From positions 1 through 33,903 of the IMG/VR virus record IMGVR_UViG_3300032277_000042: DNA of 33,903 nt; one strand, given 5' to 3'. Below, piece after piece: positions 15,307-25,170 of the stretch (within the stretch, counting starts at the first letter, position 1; each line of letters begins with the position of its first letter). Under the pieces are notes generated by a model that was given only the letters and a program-made list of their open reading frames with translations, was not told where the DNA came from and ran no database searches. The position numbers were made by a program, and so were the translations under genes. Source of the DNA: a virus. Lineage: Duplodnaviria > Caudoviricetes.

Positions 15307-15602
15307 CACCACTTGCCGTCCCAAACGCGGAATTTGGCAAACTCGCCATTCTGCAGGTTGCGCTTGATAACCTCTTCGACAGCGTCAGTGTCGGCCCAAG
15401 TTTTACCGGCCTCTTTCAGCCAGTTTGTGACCATTGACGCGTCAATATTGCCGACGTGCTTGTAATCACTGCCAAGCGTGTTCTGGCTGCGCTCGCGCGC
15501 ATACGCAGCGTCTTGCAGCGCCGCCGTAGCATCGAAGGTGTTCTTGACGACCATATCGTCACCCTCGAACGTGATCTTTTGGTCAATGCGCGTACTTAAC
15601 AT
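15306..15602 (-). CDS. Hypothetical phage protein
   Basis: Probable start MLSTRID at 15602; KHVGNI...FAKFRVWDGKW. Confidence 0.7.
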   Translation of the reverse strand: MLSTRIDQKITFEGDDMVVKNTFDATAALQDAAYARERSQNTLGSDYKHVGNIDASMVTNWLKEAGKTWADTDAVEEVIKRNLQNGEFAKFRVWDGKW

Positions 15603-15789
15603 TTGGCTTTTTCCGTACTGTTTTTTTCGGGGCTTCCGGCTCAACATCGCCCAGCACGTCGAATGCGTCGGGTGACATGGCGATAATTGAATTATACTCG
15701 TCGTTGGTCAGTGTGACCTCGTCACCGCGCTCAATGCGGCCCTTGCTGCAAATCACTTTGATGCGTCTTACGCGCAGCCGTTTAAGCAT
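15583..15789 (-). CDS. Small capsid-adjacent hypothetical protein
   Basis: GAGGT RBS before ATG 15789; basic C-terminal tail. Confidence 0.65.
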   Translation of the reverse strand: MLKRLRVRRIKVICSKGRIERGDEVTLTNDEYNSIIAMSPDAFDVLGDVEPEAPKKTVRKKPNVKYAH

Positions 15790-15800
15790 GTGTATACCTC

Positions 15801-15841
15801 TGGTCGTTGTAAATCGGGGGCGCAGCAATGCCACGCCCCCG
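15801..15841 (-). terminator. GC-rich hairpin after the major capsid gene, followed by the ATTTACA-N3-ACCA motif
   Basis: CGGGGGCG...CGCCCCCG stem at 15815-15841; weak U tract. Confidence 0.55.
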
Positions 15842-15848
15842 GTTGGTT

Positions 15849-16808
15849 TTAGCTTGTGGTGTTGTCGTAAATCGCACCAGACGCTTTTTCATTTTTACAA
15901 ATGAGCGTCAGTTCTGTAACGACTTGGCGCTGTGTGTTATCGCCAGTTTTCGCCAAGGCAGTTGACTTGGTTGGACGCAGCACAGCGACGTTCCACATGT
16001 CATCTTGCATAATGAACACGTCACGCGAGCGGTTTTCCCGTGAGGGTTGAAACTTGACCTGTCCCCACGGGGTCAGATATATCGCTAATGAATTGATAAC
16101 ACGCTCATCTGCGCCAGTTACATTCGCCCTCTGGTTGTTGTTACCAGTGAAACTAAGACTTTTGTTCATCTGAAATGCACTTAGATAGCAGGTGTTAGGC
16201 TTTCCACCCTCTTCCCACATTGATTGCATGACGGCATCCATCTTTGCTTGGCTAAACGCTGTTGGCGTGCCATCGTCAGTCCGCGCATCCGTACCGTCGC
16301 CGGTTGGGTTCGCGCCACTATTTCCGCTCTGGAAATTGACGTTGGTTTTTAACCAAGCTGGAGCGCCAGCAAGCTCACGCGCTGTTGTGGAGTTGCCCGC
16401 GACCTTGGCGTTGTTTGCGAACAGAGCCAATTCTATGTCGAGCTTTTGTTCAGCCGCTATTTTCAGCGTTTGTAGTGCCAATTGCTTACGCTTGCCAACC
16501 CGATCTAAGCCAATATCGGTATCGGGAACGACAACGCTATCTTTGAAAATCTGTGTTTGGTTGGACAGTCTTACGCTTGCAACACGCGCAGATCCGGCGG
16601 TTGCATCGCCTTCAACATGAGCGTTTGCACCAGACGAGCGCAGTGTATCAGTCATATGCTCAACGTTTGTATTGCTGGCAGTGACTTTTTTCGTAGCGCT
16701 ATAAAAAGGCGTATCTTCTGGTGAAATCATCACCACGTCATCCATAATATCCTCACGGATGCTGTTGACAGAATCATAGCTGTCAAAGGTGTTGGCCGGT
16801 TGTGCCAT
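15849..16808 (-). CDS. Major capsid protein (DUF5309-like)
   Basis: IREDI.D.V.MISPEDTPF, N.TQIF, TPWG, LAKTGD, ELTL...NEKASG motifs; follows scaffold; AAGGA RBS. Confidence 0.9.
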   Translation of the reverse strand: MAQPANTFDSYDSVNSIREDIMDDVVMISPEDTPFYSATKKVTASNTNVEHMTDTLRSSGANAHVEGDATAGSARVASVRLSNQTQIFKDSVVVPDTDIGLDRVGKRKQLALQTLKIAAEQKLDIELALFANNAKVAGNSTTARELAGAPAWLKTNVNFQSGNSGANPTGDGTDARTDDGTPTAFSQAKMDAVMQSMWEEGGKPNTCYLSAFQMNKSLSFTGNNNQRANVTGADERVINSLAIYLTPWGQVKFQPSRENRSRDVFIMQDDMWNVAVLRPTKSTALAKTGDNTQRQVVTELTLICKNEKASGAIYDNTTS

Positions 16809-16820
16809 ATCGTTGTTCCT

Positions 16821-17798
16821 TTAGAGTAACAAATTCACCGCATCTTCAATGCGGCCAGATTTCGCAAAGCGCTCTCGCGCTTTTTTGCGTGCGGAATTTT
16901 CAGCAGTTTCTGGGCGGCGTTTTGCGCCAGCGCGAACGGTTGGTACGGCGGTAGCCTTGGCCTTGCGTTCTTTTTTCCGGGTTTGCAGCTCGCGCCATTT
17001 TTTGGCATCGTTCAAAACTTGAACGTGCCGAGCGTCCTTAACGGCGGCGACTTCTTCCGGGGCAAACCCGTAATAATCGACGCCAGCTTGGACTAATGCT
17101 GCGCGCTTGGCCTCAGAGTCGGGGCCAACCAATTCCGGCAATCTTTCGCGCAGAATATCGACCTGCGCTGCAATGTATTGCTGGGTTTGTGCTTCTTGCT
17201 GTTCAGATTGTTGACGTTGAAGGTGCTGCACTTGTTGCAGTTTCTCGTTATATTCTGCCTTTGCCGCGTTATACGCTCGTTCCTCTTGCATCGCCCCAAT
17301 CGGGTCTTGCTCAAAGTCGATTTGTGGCGGCTTGGGTGGTGCAAGTCCGTTTTGCGCCTGGTTGTACAGCGCCAGAGTTTGCTGTTGTTGCTGTTGCAGC
17401 GCTTGGAATTGCTCTTTGTATTGCTTTTCAGCGTGCGCAATTTCCTGCATTCTGCGGTTGATGTAACCTTGACCCGACGCAGATTGCTTGAGCTGCTCAA
17501 GTGTCTGTTTCTCCATTTTTCCGTCAATTTTGACGTCATAGAGTACAGGTTCAGCGGCTTGCTCTGGGGGTTCATCGTCATCAATTTCTTCGTCATCCAG
17601 GTCATCGTCATCGACCTCGCTGGACGCCTCGACAGGCTCATCCGCGCTCTCGGCTATGTCGGTGTCAATCTCGGTCTGATCTTCATCAGGTGCCTCTGAT
17701 TGAGCCTCCACGGCTTCGCTCGGATTATCATCTTCAGACGTTATGTCTGGCTCTTGTATGAGTTGCTCGGCAAGAGCCTCAAGGTCAGTCGATTGCAT
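16821..17798 (-). CDS. Capsid scaffolding protein
   Basis: Acidic N terminus, VKIDG...TLEQLK, Gln-rich coiled coil, C-terminal RFAKSGRIEDAVNLL. Confidence 0.85.
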   Translation of the reverse strand: MQSTDLEALAEQLIQEPDITSEDDNPSEAVEAQSEAPDEDQTEIDTDIAESADEPVEASSEVDDDDLDDEEIDDDEPPEQAAEPVLYDVKIDGKMEKQTLEQLKQSASGQGYINRRMQEIAHAEKQYKEQFQALQQQQQQTLALYNQAQNGLAPPKPPQIDFEQDPIGAMQEERAYNAAKAEYNEKLQQVQHLQRQQSEQQEAQTQQYIAAQVDILRERLPELVGPDSEAKRAALVQAGVDYYGFAPEEVAAVKDARHVQVLNDAKKWRELQTRKKERKAKATAVPTVRAGAKRRPETAENSARKKARERFAKSGRIEDAVNLLL

Positions 17799-17804
17799 CG
17801 TTGC

Positions 17805-18047
17805 TTACCTGTTTTTTCTGCGGCTTTTCAGCGTCTCTGCGACAATTGCCGCGTCGAGTTGCGCCTCAACCAGATCCAGCGCTCGCAGGATTGCGTGCGC
17901 ATCTTCGCGCTGCTCGATTTGCTCGGCAGTGCTGGAACGAAATGTCAGGATTTGTGCGTCGCGCACGTCGTTCATAAATTGCAGAAATGCTGTGTCTAAT
18001 TTTAGACGTTTAGCATCTTCCGCTTTAATTTTGACGTCGGTTGACAT
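17805..18047 (-). CDS. Small head-module protein between portal and scaffold
   Basis: Helical ~80 aa ORF, ATG at 18047; typical position. Confidence 0.7.
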   Translation of the reverse strand: MSTDVKIKAEDAKRLKLDTAFLQFMNDVRDAQILTFRSSTAEQIEQREDAHAILRALDLVEAQLDAAIVAETLKSRRKNR

Positions 18048-18050
18048 AGG

Positions 18051-18080
18051 AAATCCCGGCAAATCGCTTCGCCGGGATTT
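18051..18080 (-). other. Hairpin covering the ribosome-binding region of the downstream gene
   Basis: AAATCCCGGCGAA-GCGA-TTTGCCGGGATTT on the minus strand (GNRA loop), 3 nt before ATG. Confidence 0.65.
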
Positions 18081-18134
18081 TAACAGAAATACTATATGTA
18101 GTAAAAATTAGACGCTAAACACTATATGTTGATT
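18077..18134 (-). promoter_or_regulatory. sigma70-like promoter with tandem NrdR-box-like palindromes
   Basis: TTTACT (18105-18100)-N17-TAAAAT (18082-18077) with extended TG; boxes ATACTATATGTAGTAA (18089-18104) and ACACTATATGTTGATT (18119-18134), 30 bp apart. Confidence 0.68.
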
Positions 18135-20239
18135 TATTGGCGTTGTTGGCCTTGCGCTACGCCGGTCAGCGTGCGCAGCTTGTCTTGTTCCGCTTTGACC
18201 CGCGCCACGTCCACGGCAGTGCCATATTTTCCATATGTTTGAGCTGCATCAACCATCAGAGATTGGGCCATTCTATCCCGCGCCAGATCGTCCTGCATGG
18301 CCATTTCTTGCCGTTTGCGCTGTTCCTCGGCCATTGCTTTCTGACCGTCTAGCTGCAGCCTCGCCATGTCGCCCTGCATCTTGGCTTGCGCTTTCATTTG
18401 TTCTGCCTGCAAGAATGCCGCGTTGGGATCTTGTTGACCTTGCTGGGCTTGCGCTTGTTGCTGCATTTGCAACATCTGTTGCTCAATCTCTTCAGTGATT
18501 GGCGCAAAATATCTGTCTGCATTGCGCACGCCTGACGCGGCCAAGGCGTCGGCCAATGTGTTGCGTATGTTGGTCAGGCTGACTAGGCCGTTCATTGGGC
18601 CATACTGCTGATACACCATCGTTTGCATTTGCAGTGCTTGCTGCAGCGCCGCTTGTTTTTCTTTTTCGCGCCCGGTGCCAAGGCCAACGTTCACTTGGAT
18701 GTCCATCGTGCTGTCCCACACGCGGACATCCACCTTCTGGAACCCTCCAGAAATTCGCATCATTTGCTCTTCGTCGCAATTCTTGATCATCAAGCGCAGC
18801 ATAATGCCAAACAGATCTTTTACGCCGTCCGCCAGGTTGCGCGTGTACATTTCAACTTGCGCAGCGGCAGCCTCAACCGTGGCGCTAATGCCAGCGGCGG
18901 CGGTGCTTTGCATTGCGTCCGGGTTCAGCGCCATGTTTTGCGTGACGCCAGTTTTCTGCTCAACCAACCCATCCAGATAGGTGAGGGCGCTTAACGTCTG
19001 CCCCGCCACAAATGGCGTTGTCAGCTCTTGCGCCTGACCCATTTGCTGCATTCTCACCACTGAGCCAATTTCCGAGTTTAGCAAGTCATCAATATTAACA
19101 CCTGGTGTCACAGCTATTCTAGGATTGTTCACCATCGCCACGTTATCCAAGATGCCACGCAGCACGCTCGTAGCCGCATCCTGGTCATTCATAACAATCT
19201 CGGCTAGTGAGCGCCCGAAAAATGAATGCGGTTCTGGGTCAATCTCCAACTTGGCAAACGGCAGCTCGTCGCACGGCTCAAAGTCCAGCAATTTGTACGA
19301 CGTGCCGCCCAGTACAAACTTGTGCAGCACCGGCGTGTCGGTGTCGATGCTGAGGCGCATGTAAGCCTCCGTAATCGTGACCGGCTTCATCTCATCGGCG
19401 TCAGCGTCCTCGGCACTACTGGAATTGCTGTACCCGGTGCGCGCGAAATCTTCCTCTTCATCGCCGTTAACGCCATTATCAAAGCTGTCGAGGTCCATCA
19501 CTTGTTCTGGCAAAAAACCCATCCCCAAGACGTCGCCCATCCGCATTTCCGTTCTGTGCGCGACGATATACGCATCAGACAGGGATCTAGCCGTATCGTT
19601 GACGAAAAATTCCTCTGGCGGGACTGACTCAACGCACAGCTCGCCGCGCGTTGATTGACGGCTGAGTTTCACCGCATGCACCGGCGCTTCCACTGACATG
19701 CCCATCTCGTCAATGGCGGCGGTCATTTCGGTGGTTTGCTCAATGATTTCCACGCCATCTTCGCTGGCCAGCATAGTCAATTCATCGTCGTTTAGGTCGG
19801 TGTACGTGTATATCTCGGCGTGTGGGTAATTCTTGTAATACGCCTTAACAATGCCCTGCTTTTTTACCAGTGCGTCATGAAAAGCATCGCCCAAGATTTT
19901 ATGACCGTTTAGCCGCTCAAATTCGTGATGCATGAAGGCTGTTGCCTGCTCTGCGTGTGCAGTCTGATCAGGCCGGCGCGGCACGTATTCCACTGGGCGT
20001 GACGTGCTTAAAAAGACCCGCATGAGGCTGGGTTTAACCGCTCTCACCACGTCGCGCACTTTGGTTGCCACGACCTTGCTGCGGCCATCCTCGTGGCCGA
20101 TATAAACCTGCCCGTCGTAATAATGCTGCGCCTTTATGCGCTCGTCGCGCAGCTCTGCCTCAACAAATTCTACCGCCTCTTCAACGGCGTTTTGAACAAT
20201 TGCCTCTATTTGCTCGCGGGTCTTTGGTTCTGTTTGCAT
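18134..20239 (-). CDS. Portal protein (P22-like)
   Basis: YYDG...GRSKVV, VPPEEF, FFGRSLAE, TGV, VNVGLGTG, long Gln-rich C-terminal barrel; probable start at 20239. Confidence 0.92.
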   Translation of the reverse strand: MQTEPKTREQIEAIVQNAVEEAVEFVEAELRDERIKAQHYYDGQVYIGHEDGRSKVVATKVRDVVRAVKPSLMRVFLSTSRPVEYVPRRPDQTAHAEQATAFMHHEFERLNGHKILGDAFHDALVKKQGIVKAYYKNYPHAEIYTYTDLNDDELTMLASEDGVEIIEQTTEMTAAIDEMGMSVEAPVHAVKLSRQSTRGELCVESVPPEEFFVNDTARSLSDAYIVAHRTEMRMGDVLGMGFLPEQVMDLDSFDNGVNGDEEEDFARTGYSNSSSAEDADADEMKPVTITEAYMRLSIDTDTPVLHKFVLGGTSYKLLDFEPCDELPFAKLEIDPEPHSFFGRSLAEIVMNDQDAATSVLRGILDNVAMVNNPRIAVTPGVNIDDLLNSEIGSVVRMQQMGQAQELTTPFVAGQTLSALTYLDGLVEQKTGVTQNMALNPDAMQSTAAAGISATVEAAAAQVEMYTRNLADGVKDLFGIMLRLMIKNCDEEQMMRISGGFQKVDVRVWDSTMDIQVNVGLGTGREKEKQAALQQALQMQTMVYQQYGPMNGLVSLTNIRNTLADALAASGVRNADRYFAPITEEIEQQMLQMQQQAQAQQGQQDPNAAFLQAEQMKAQAKMQGDMARLQLDGQKAMAEEQRKRQEMAMQDDLARDRMAQSLMVDAAQTYGKYGTAVDVARVKAEQDKLRTLTGVAQGQQRQ

Positions 20240-20240
20240 T

Positions 20241-22199
20241 TCATTCTCTTCCCACAAGCGGCGCGGCGGTTAACACGCCTGCCGTCGTTAAAAATTGCAG
20301 TAACTTTTGCGACGCCGTTGGATCGTCAATGCGGCGCGCCTCGGCCACCAGTTCGCGCACCAGTTGGTCGCGCTGCGGCCCCTGCATAGATAGCATTTCG
20401 CCCAGCTCGCGGTTGGCCTTGCTTTGGCGCGTGCCGTACACGATTTGATTCATTATTTCGTTGACTGGCCGGTCAAATATAGCGCGCTTCAAACGGGTGC
20501 CAGGTCCGGGCGCTCTGTCGGTGTCCACGTCGCGGAAATCGCCTAACGCGTCAGCCGCCTCGCGGCGCTGCCCAGTTTGCGACCCCTCAATAACCTTGGT
20601 GCGTGTGTTGCTAAATGCTTTTTCTGCGCGCAGCGTTTTCATCACCGCCGCCGCGTCTGCGTCTCCAATAATCATTGCCAGTTTTTCAGCGTTAAAGCCT
20701 TTTTCAAACTGGCCCCAAGCTGCCGCCGCATCATTGCGTGACATACCCATGAGGTTAGTGATATATTCCCGCGCGCCTTTCTTATAGGCGTCGCGTTGGG
20801 CGTCCGACATGCCGTCCAGCATAACGCGCATTTCGGCGGGCCGCAGGGCCGTAGCGGCAGATCCGGTAAACGCCTTACGCCCGTCCTCTATAGCCCGCTC
20901 CATTGCCATGTTGTTTGCGTAACCTGTGCGCGCCGTTGAGTAATTTGGCACCGCATCAAGCATTTCATCAATATCGCCCAAAACTGGCTTTAGGCTGGAA
21001 ACCTTGTTGCCTTTACCGGCGCGTGTGGCCTCGGATAGCGCATCACTTAAAGCGGCGCGGGCGTTGTGCAGCTTGGCCGCTGAAACGTCGCTACTTTTGC
21101 CCAAATCCTTTAACACCGTGCCAAGCGCATTTTTAACGTCGGAAGAAGCATCACCGGCCAGACTTAAAATGCGCTGCCGGATTGGATTGACGTCAAACGT
21201 CATGCCGCTCTTTTTGGCGGCCTCGTACATCGGCCCCAGCACGTCGCTGCGCTCGGCGGCAAGCTCGGTGCGAGCTGTAAACGCCGCGCCTGGCTCGTCA
21301 ACGCGCTTGGTCATTTCTGCATCAATGCGCCCGCCAGCGCCTTGCGCTCGCTTGGTAATTGATTGCTGCAGGATATTGCCGCCTTCGCCCTGCATCGATG
21401 CCAAACCTTGCGCCAATCGCTGGGTTGGCCCTGGCACGTCGGCCAGCGTGCCCTGCGGCCCAATGCTGTCTAAATATGCCTGTATATCCTGCCCACCGGC
21501 CTCGGCGCTGTTTGCACTGCGCGCCATAAGTTGGCTTGATTTTGAGCCGTAATTGCCAACGCCGCGAAACTTGTTTTGAATGCCGCGCCAGCCTGCGCCA
21601 ACGATTTCGCCGGCAACCGGGGCCACTGCGCCAATGCTTGCGCCCACAGCCGTGCCCACGGGTGGAATTTGCTTAACGCTGTCAACAAAGCCATCGCCAG
21701 ACATAAATTCTGGCAGCGCCACGCCGGTGGCACCAAGGCCAGATCCAATGCCCATTTGCGTGACAAGCTGTTTGCCCTGCATGAGTTTTGATACGCCGGC
21801 GGCGGGTATAGCTGCAGACGCAATTGACCCAGCGCTTTGCCCTTTTGCATATTGCTCTGGGGCCAGCACTTGCGCGGCCATATCTCGTTGCCGCACCAGA
21901 TCGCGATACTTGGTGTACGCCTGTTTTGCACCTTCAATATCGCCTTTTTTAAACAAATCGGTGGCAAATTTATACGCGCCGACAATCTCATCAGCGGCGC
22001 TTAGCGATGCGCCGGCCTGCATCCCGCGATAGGACGCAATGGTTTCAATTTCGGCTTGTTTGGCCGTTTTGGTTTTGCCCCGGTATTTGGCAAGCGCCTT
22101 GCGGCCATTCTCGGTGATTGTGCCGTTGGCCTCTTGTCCCTCCAGAACCCTCACCGCCGTCAGGATGCGCTGACTTTCTTCGTATGTCATCTCAGCCAT
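20241..22199 (-). CDS. Putative DNA ejection / internal virion protein
   Basis: 652 aa Ala/Gly-rich helical protein with central hydrophobic segments, last gene of the internal-protein cluster. Confidence 0.7.
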   Translation of the reverse strand: MAEMTYEESQRILTAVRVLEGQEANGTITENGRKALAKYRGKTKTAKQAEIETIASYRGMQAGASLSAADEIVGAYKFATDLFKKGDIEGAKQAYTKYRDLVRQRDMAAQVLAPEQYAKGQSAGSIASAAIPAAGVSKLMQGKQLVTQMGIGSGLGATGVALPEFMSGDGFVDSVKQIPPVGTAVGASIGAVAPVAGEIVGAGWRGIQNKFRGVGNYGSKSSQLMARSANSAEAGGQDIQAYLDSIGPQGTLADVPGPTQRLAQGLASMQGEGGNILQQSITKRAQGAGGRIDAEMTKRVDEPGAAFTARTELAAERSDVLGPMYEAAKKSGMTFDVNPIRQRILSLAGDASSDVKNALGTVLKDLGKSSDVSAAKLHNARAALSDALSEATRAGKGNKVSSLKPVLGDIDEMLDAVPNYSTARTGYANNMAMERAIEDGRKAFTGSAATALRPAEMRVMLDGMSDAQRDAYKKGAREYITNLMGMSRNDAAAAWGQFEKGFNAEKLAMIIGDADAAAVMKTLRAEKAFSNTRTKVIEGSQTGQRREAADALGDFRDVDTDRAPGPGTRLKRAIFDRPVNEIMNQIVYGTRQSKANRELGEMLSMQGPQRDQLVRELVAEARRIDDPTASQKLLQFLTTAGVLTAAPLVGRE

Positions 22200-22201
22200 C
22201 G

Positions 22202-23656
22202 TTAATTTCCATTCAATAGTAAATCTTCAGCCTGTTGGGACGTCATAGGCTCTGCAGCACCGCTGAAACTGTTGAGAATATTTTGCACTGCCTGCGGTAT
22301 AGTTGAAACGCTCTCAACCTGTTCAAGTTGTTCAATCGCCTGCTCAAACGTGATGCCGTTTCTGGAATACTGTCGGATAATTGATTTCTTCTGTATGTTC
22401 ATTTCGGCTTTGGCTTGCATGACTGCAATAATCGCTTGGTTTGCCTCTGGTGTGTTTTTCAAACTGCCCAACGAGTTGAGCATTGCGTTAAATTCAAGGT
22501 CAGACGTAGCGCCAGATCCTTCAACGCGCAGAGTTGGGGCTATGCGGTTAATAATCGACTGCCGCAACGCGGATACGTCGTTAAATTCTGGGAATGCCAT
22601 GGCAAACCGTCCGGCCAGCGGGCCAGTTGGCGCAAGCGGTGCAAGCTCTTGCAGCGTCTGTAAATCTGCAGCCGCATTAGCGGCGGCGCTGCCGGCGTCC
22701 ATCATGTTGTTAAATGACTCGCCCTGTTTTTCCATCATTTTCTTGCGCAAAACAGCGTCAGCGCTCTCAGGGCCTGGCATGTTGATTGAGCTGCCAGACT
22801 TAACCATTGCTCGCGCATCCTCTGGCGATAAGCCTTGCTCAATCCAAAAATCATAATTGTCTTGCTGCACCGGCACTTTAGGCGTGGCCATGCTTTTTTG
22901 CATAATCGCGCCCAGCACCTGGCTCGCCTGCAGTTGACCCGCCTCAATCATGTCGGCGTATTGGCCCATGCCGTTTGCGCGCAGATATTCCACCGTTTTA
23001 TTTCGTGAATTTCTCTGCGCGCGCTCTTGGCGTCGCCCTTCCATCATTCCCGCAAAATTTGGATCTGGCCGCAGCGTCATTGAGTTAAGGCCCACCGCCA
23101 AGCGGCCAGCCAAGTCCTTAAAGCTGTCGCGTTGATAAAATCGTTGCCCCGTTTCGCCAACGGCACCAGGTTGCATTTTCTGCAAGCCGAATTGCTCTAA
23201 TAGGCCGCGAGGCGCTTGCGGTTGTCTTGGCAGCATCGGTGCGGCCTCCTGTTTTTGGTTTGCTGGGCCATAGGCTGGCCCTTTATACCCGGCCCACGCG
23301 CCGGTGCCCTGCGTGTCGTAGATATAGCGGCCAATGCGGTCCTGCAGGGCTGGTGTCATTAGCTCGTCGCCGCGCAGCCCAAGGCCGCGCTTGGCATCGC
23401 GCAGGGTCGTGCCGACCACCTGATATGCGCCCATTGGTGTGGCAACCACGCCCTCCGGGTTGGCCATTTTAACATAGTTGCCATAGCCGGATCTGGGCTG
23501 CGCAAAGTCCAGCGCAGCGTCTACCGTCATGTCAGTAATTTTAACATCGTCAAACAGGCCGCCGGGGCGGTTCTGGTAATTAAAAAGCGCGTTATAATCG
23601 CCACCGCTTTCGCCGCGAAAAATGTATGGTTTGATTGTGTTAAAATCTGGGCGCAT
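22202..23656 (-). CDS. Internal virion protein with N-terminal lysozyme-like domain
   Basis: GESGGDYNA...TPMGAYQVVGTTL...TPALQD...AWAG lysozyme-superfamily pattern; C-terminal GSGATSDLE motif. Confidence 0.78.
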   Translation of the reverse strand: MRPDFNTIKPYIFRGESGGDYNALFNYQNRPGGLFDDVKITDMTVDAALDFAQPRSGYGNYVKMANPEGVVATPMGAYQVVGTTLRDAKRGLGLRGDELMTPALQDRIGRYIYDTQGTGAWAGYKGPAYGPANQKQEAAPMLPRQPQAPRGLLEQFGLQKMQPGAVGETGQRFYQRDSFKDLAGRLAVGLNSMTLRPDPNFAGMMEGRRQERAQRNSRNKTVEYLRANGMGQYADMIEAGQLQASQVLGAIMQKSMATPKVPVQQDNYDFWIEQGLSPEDARAMVKSGSSINMPGPESADAVLRKKMMEKQGESFNNMMDAGSAAANAAADLQTLQELAPLAPTGPLAGRFAMAFPEFNDVSALRQSIINRIAPTLRVEGSGATSDLEFNAMLNSLGSLKNTPEANQAIIAVMQAKAEMNIQKKSIIRQYSRNGITFEQAIEQLEQVESVSTIPQAVQNILNSFSGAAEPMTSQQAEDLLLNGN

Positions 23657-24564
23657 TAGGTGGGCACCAAGCTGGCCGCTAATTTAAGATAGTCAAACAT
23701 GCCAGGCTGATACTCTTCCGTTTGCGTATTCGATACTGGCGCTGGCGTGCTGCCCAAAGCATTATTCACGTATTGCGTTGATGCGCCGGGCGCGCCGGTG
23801 TAGTTGCCAAATTGGCCCCTTGCCGCTTCAATTAGAGCTTGCTGTATTCCCTGATCGATAATGCCATACCGCATCTGGTTGGCCTCAATTGTTTGGCCTG
23901 CGTCAAATGATTGTTGCCCCATAGCCGCGAGCTGATCGGCTGCGCTCAGCATATTTGTATTGGCCGCCGTTTGTTGGTCTACATCAAACTGCGCTGCGCC
24001 GAGCGCGGTGTTAAACCCGTCTTGTCGCAGCCTTGAAACTGCATCATACGCTTTATCCGCGTACAGCCCGCGCGTTTCTGCGCCTTCAATCCCGTGCCTT
24101 GATCCGCCAAACGCGCCAGCGTTAGACGCAGCGAAATCCATGTCATTTAGCGACATGCGTTGACCTTTCATTAGATCGCGCATTGTCGAGTCAACAACAT
24201 TTTGCGTGTAAGGATTGTAGTAAGCATCCATGCCTTGTGAGGCGTTCATCGGCGTATATGTTCCCGCCGCGATTGTGCCCGCCATGCCGAGTTGTAGGGC
24301 GTCTGCAGCGGCTTGGTTTGCGTTAAATCCGCCGGCCACTGGAGCTGCCGTTGTCGCTGGGGCTGCCCCTGTCGCTGGGGCTGCGCTTGCGTTTATGCTT
24401 GTCGCTGGAGCGGCGTTGTAGCCCGTTTCAGCTAACAAATTTACCGGCGTATATTTAACAGGTCCGCCGCCTAATCCGCCTTTATTAGCGCCCGCAGGCG
24501 CGCCGCCTGCGTTGCCTTGTGCTAAAGTTGGCGTGCCGCTTCCGTATCCCGATGCTAAACCCAT
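23656..24564 (-). CDS. Putative DNA ejection protein
   Basis: YYNPYTQNVVD...AGAFGGSRHGI motif, Ala/Gln-rich. Confidence 0.72.
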   Translation of the reverse strand: MGLASGYGSGTPTLAQGNAGGAPAGANKGGLGGGPVKYTPVNLLAETGYNAAPATSINASAAPATGAAPATTAAPVAGGFNANQAAADALQLGMAGTIAAGTYTPMNASQGMDAYYNPYTQNVVDSTMRDLMKGQRMSLNDMDFAASNAGAFGGSRHGIEGAETRGLYADKAYDAVSRLRQDGFNTALGAAQFDVDQQTAANTNMLSAADQLAAMGQQSFDAGQTIEANQMRYGIIDQGIQQALIEAARGQFGNYTGAPGASTQYVNNALGSTPAPVSNTQTEEYQPGMFDYLKLAASLVPT

Positions 24565-25169
24565 TATTTAAACTCCTTTGACGAGTAATCAGACCAGCCG
24601 TCATCAGGGTGACTGCCCCAGCCTCCGTCAGTTGCGCCGGCTGTGTTGCTTGGGTCTAACGTATCAATCGCGTTTAGCGGAGCGTTCCAAACGTGCGTTG
24701 TGTAGCCCTCTCTGTTTGTATAGTTATCTTGCTCTGCGCCCGCCGTGTTTTGCGCTATTCTTTGGGTTTTAACCACTGGCTCGACGTAGGGGGCCACGAC
24801 GTTGCCGAATAGCGCATCATAGCGCGCGGCCTGCTCTGGGTGCCGTGCAATATATTCGGCAAGCGCTTGGTCGAAAATTGGTCCTGATGAATATCCGCGC
24901 ACACCACCGGCGTACTCGGTTGGCGCATCCATCAGCGTGTTGACCGCTGGGGCCGCCATTCCAAACGCGCTAGCGGCGGCGCGGTTATTGTCCATCGCGG
25001 CCAATTGAAACGGCGTTAGCGCGGCTACATCTGGCCCGTAGTAAGGCTGATAGCCAAGCTGCGCCACTTGTGCCGCGCGATGCAAATTTTGCTTTGCGTA
25101 ATGCTCAATGTACGCTGGTATTGTGGATTCTTGCGTAGTTGTGCTTGATCCGCTCTTGCCGCCACTCAT
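24564..25169 (-). CDS. Putative DNA ejection / internal virion protein
   Basis: MSGGKSGSSTTTQ...IPAY...PYYGPDVAALTP.Q N terminus. Confidence 0.7.
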   Translation of the reverse strand: MSGGKSGSSTTTQESTIPAYIEHYAKQNLHRAAQVAQLGYQPYYGPDVAALTPFQLAAMDNNRAAASAFGMAAPAVNTLMDAPTEYAGGVRGYSSGPIFDQALAEYIARHPEQAARYDALFGNVVAPYVEPVVKTQRIAQNTAGAEQDNYTNREGYTTHVWNAPLNAIDTLDPSNTAGATDGGWGSHPDDGWSDYSSKEFK

Positions 25170-25170
25170 C

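Noticed and set aside
17093-17641. 182 aa same-strand alternative frame inside the scaffold gene
   Set aside because: No evident RBS and composition mirrors the low-complexity acidic/Gln codons, unlike the nested methyltransferase ORF
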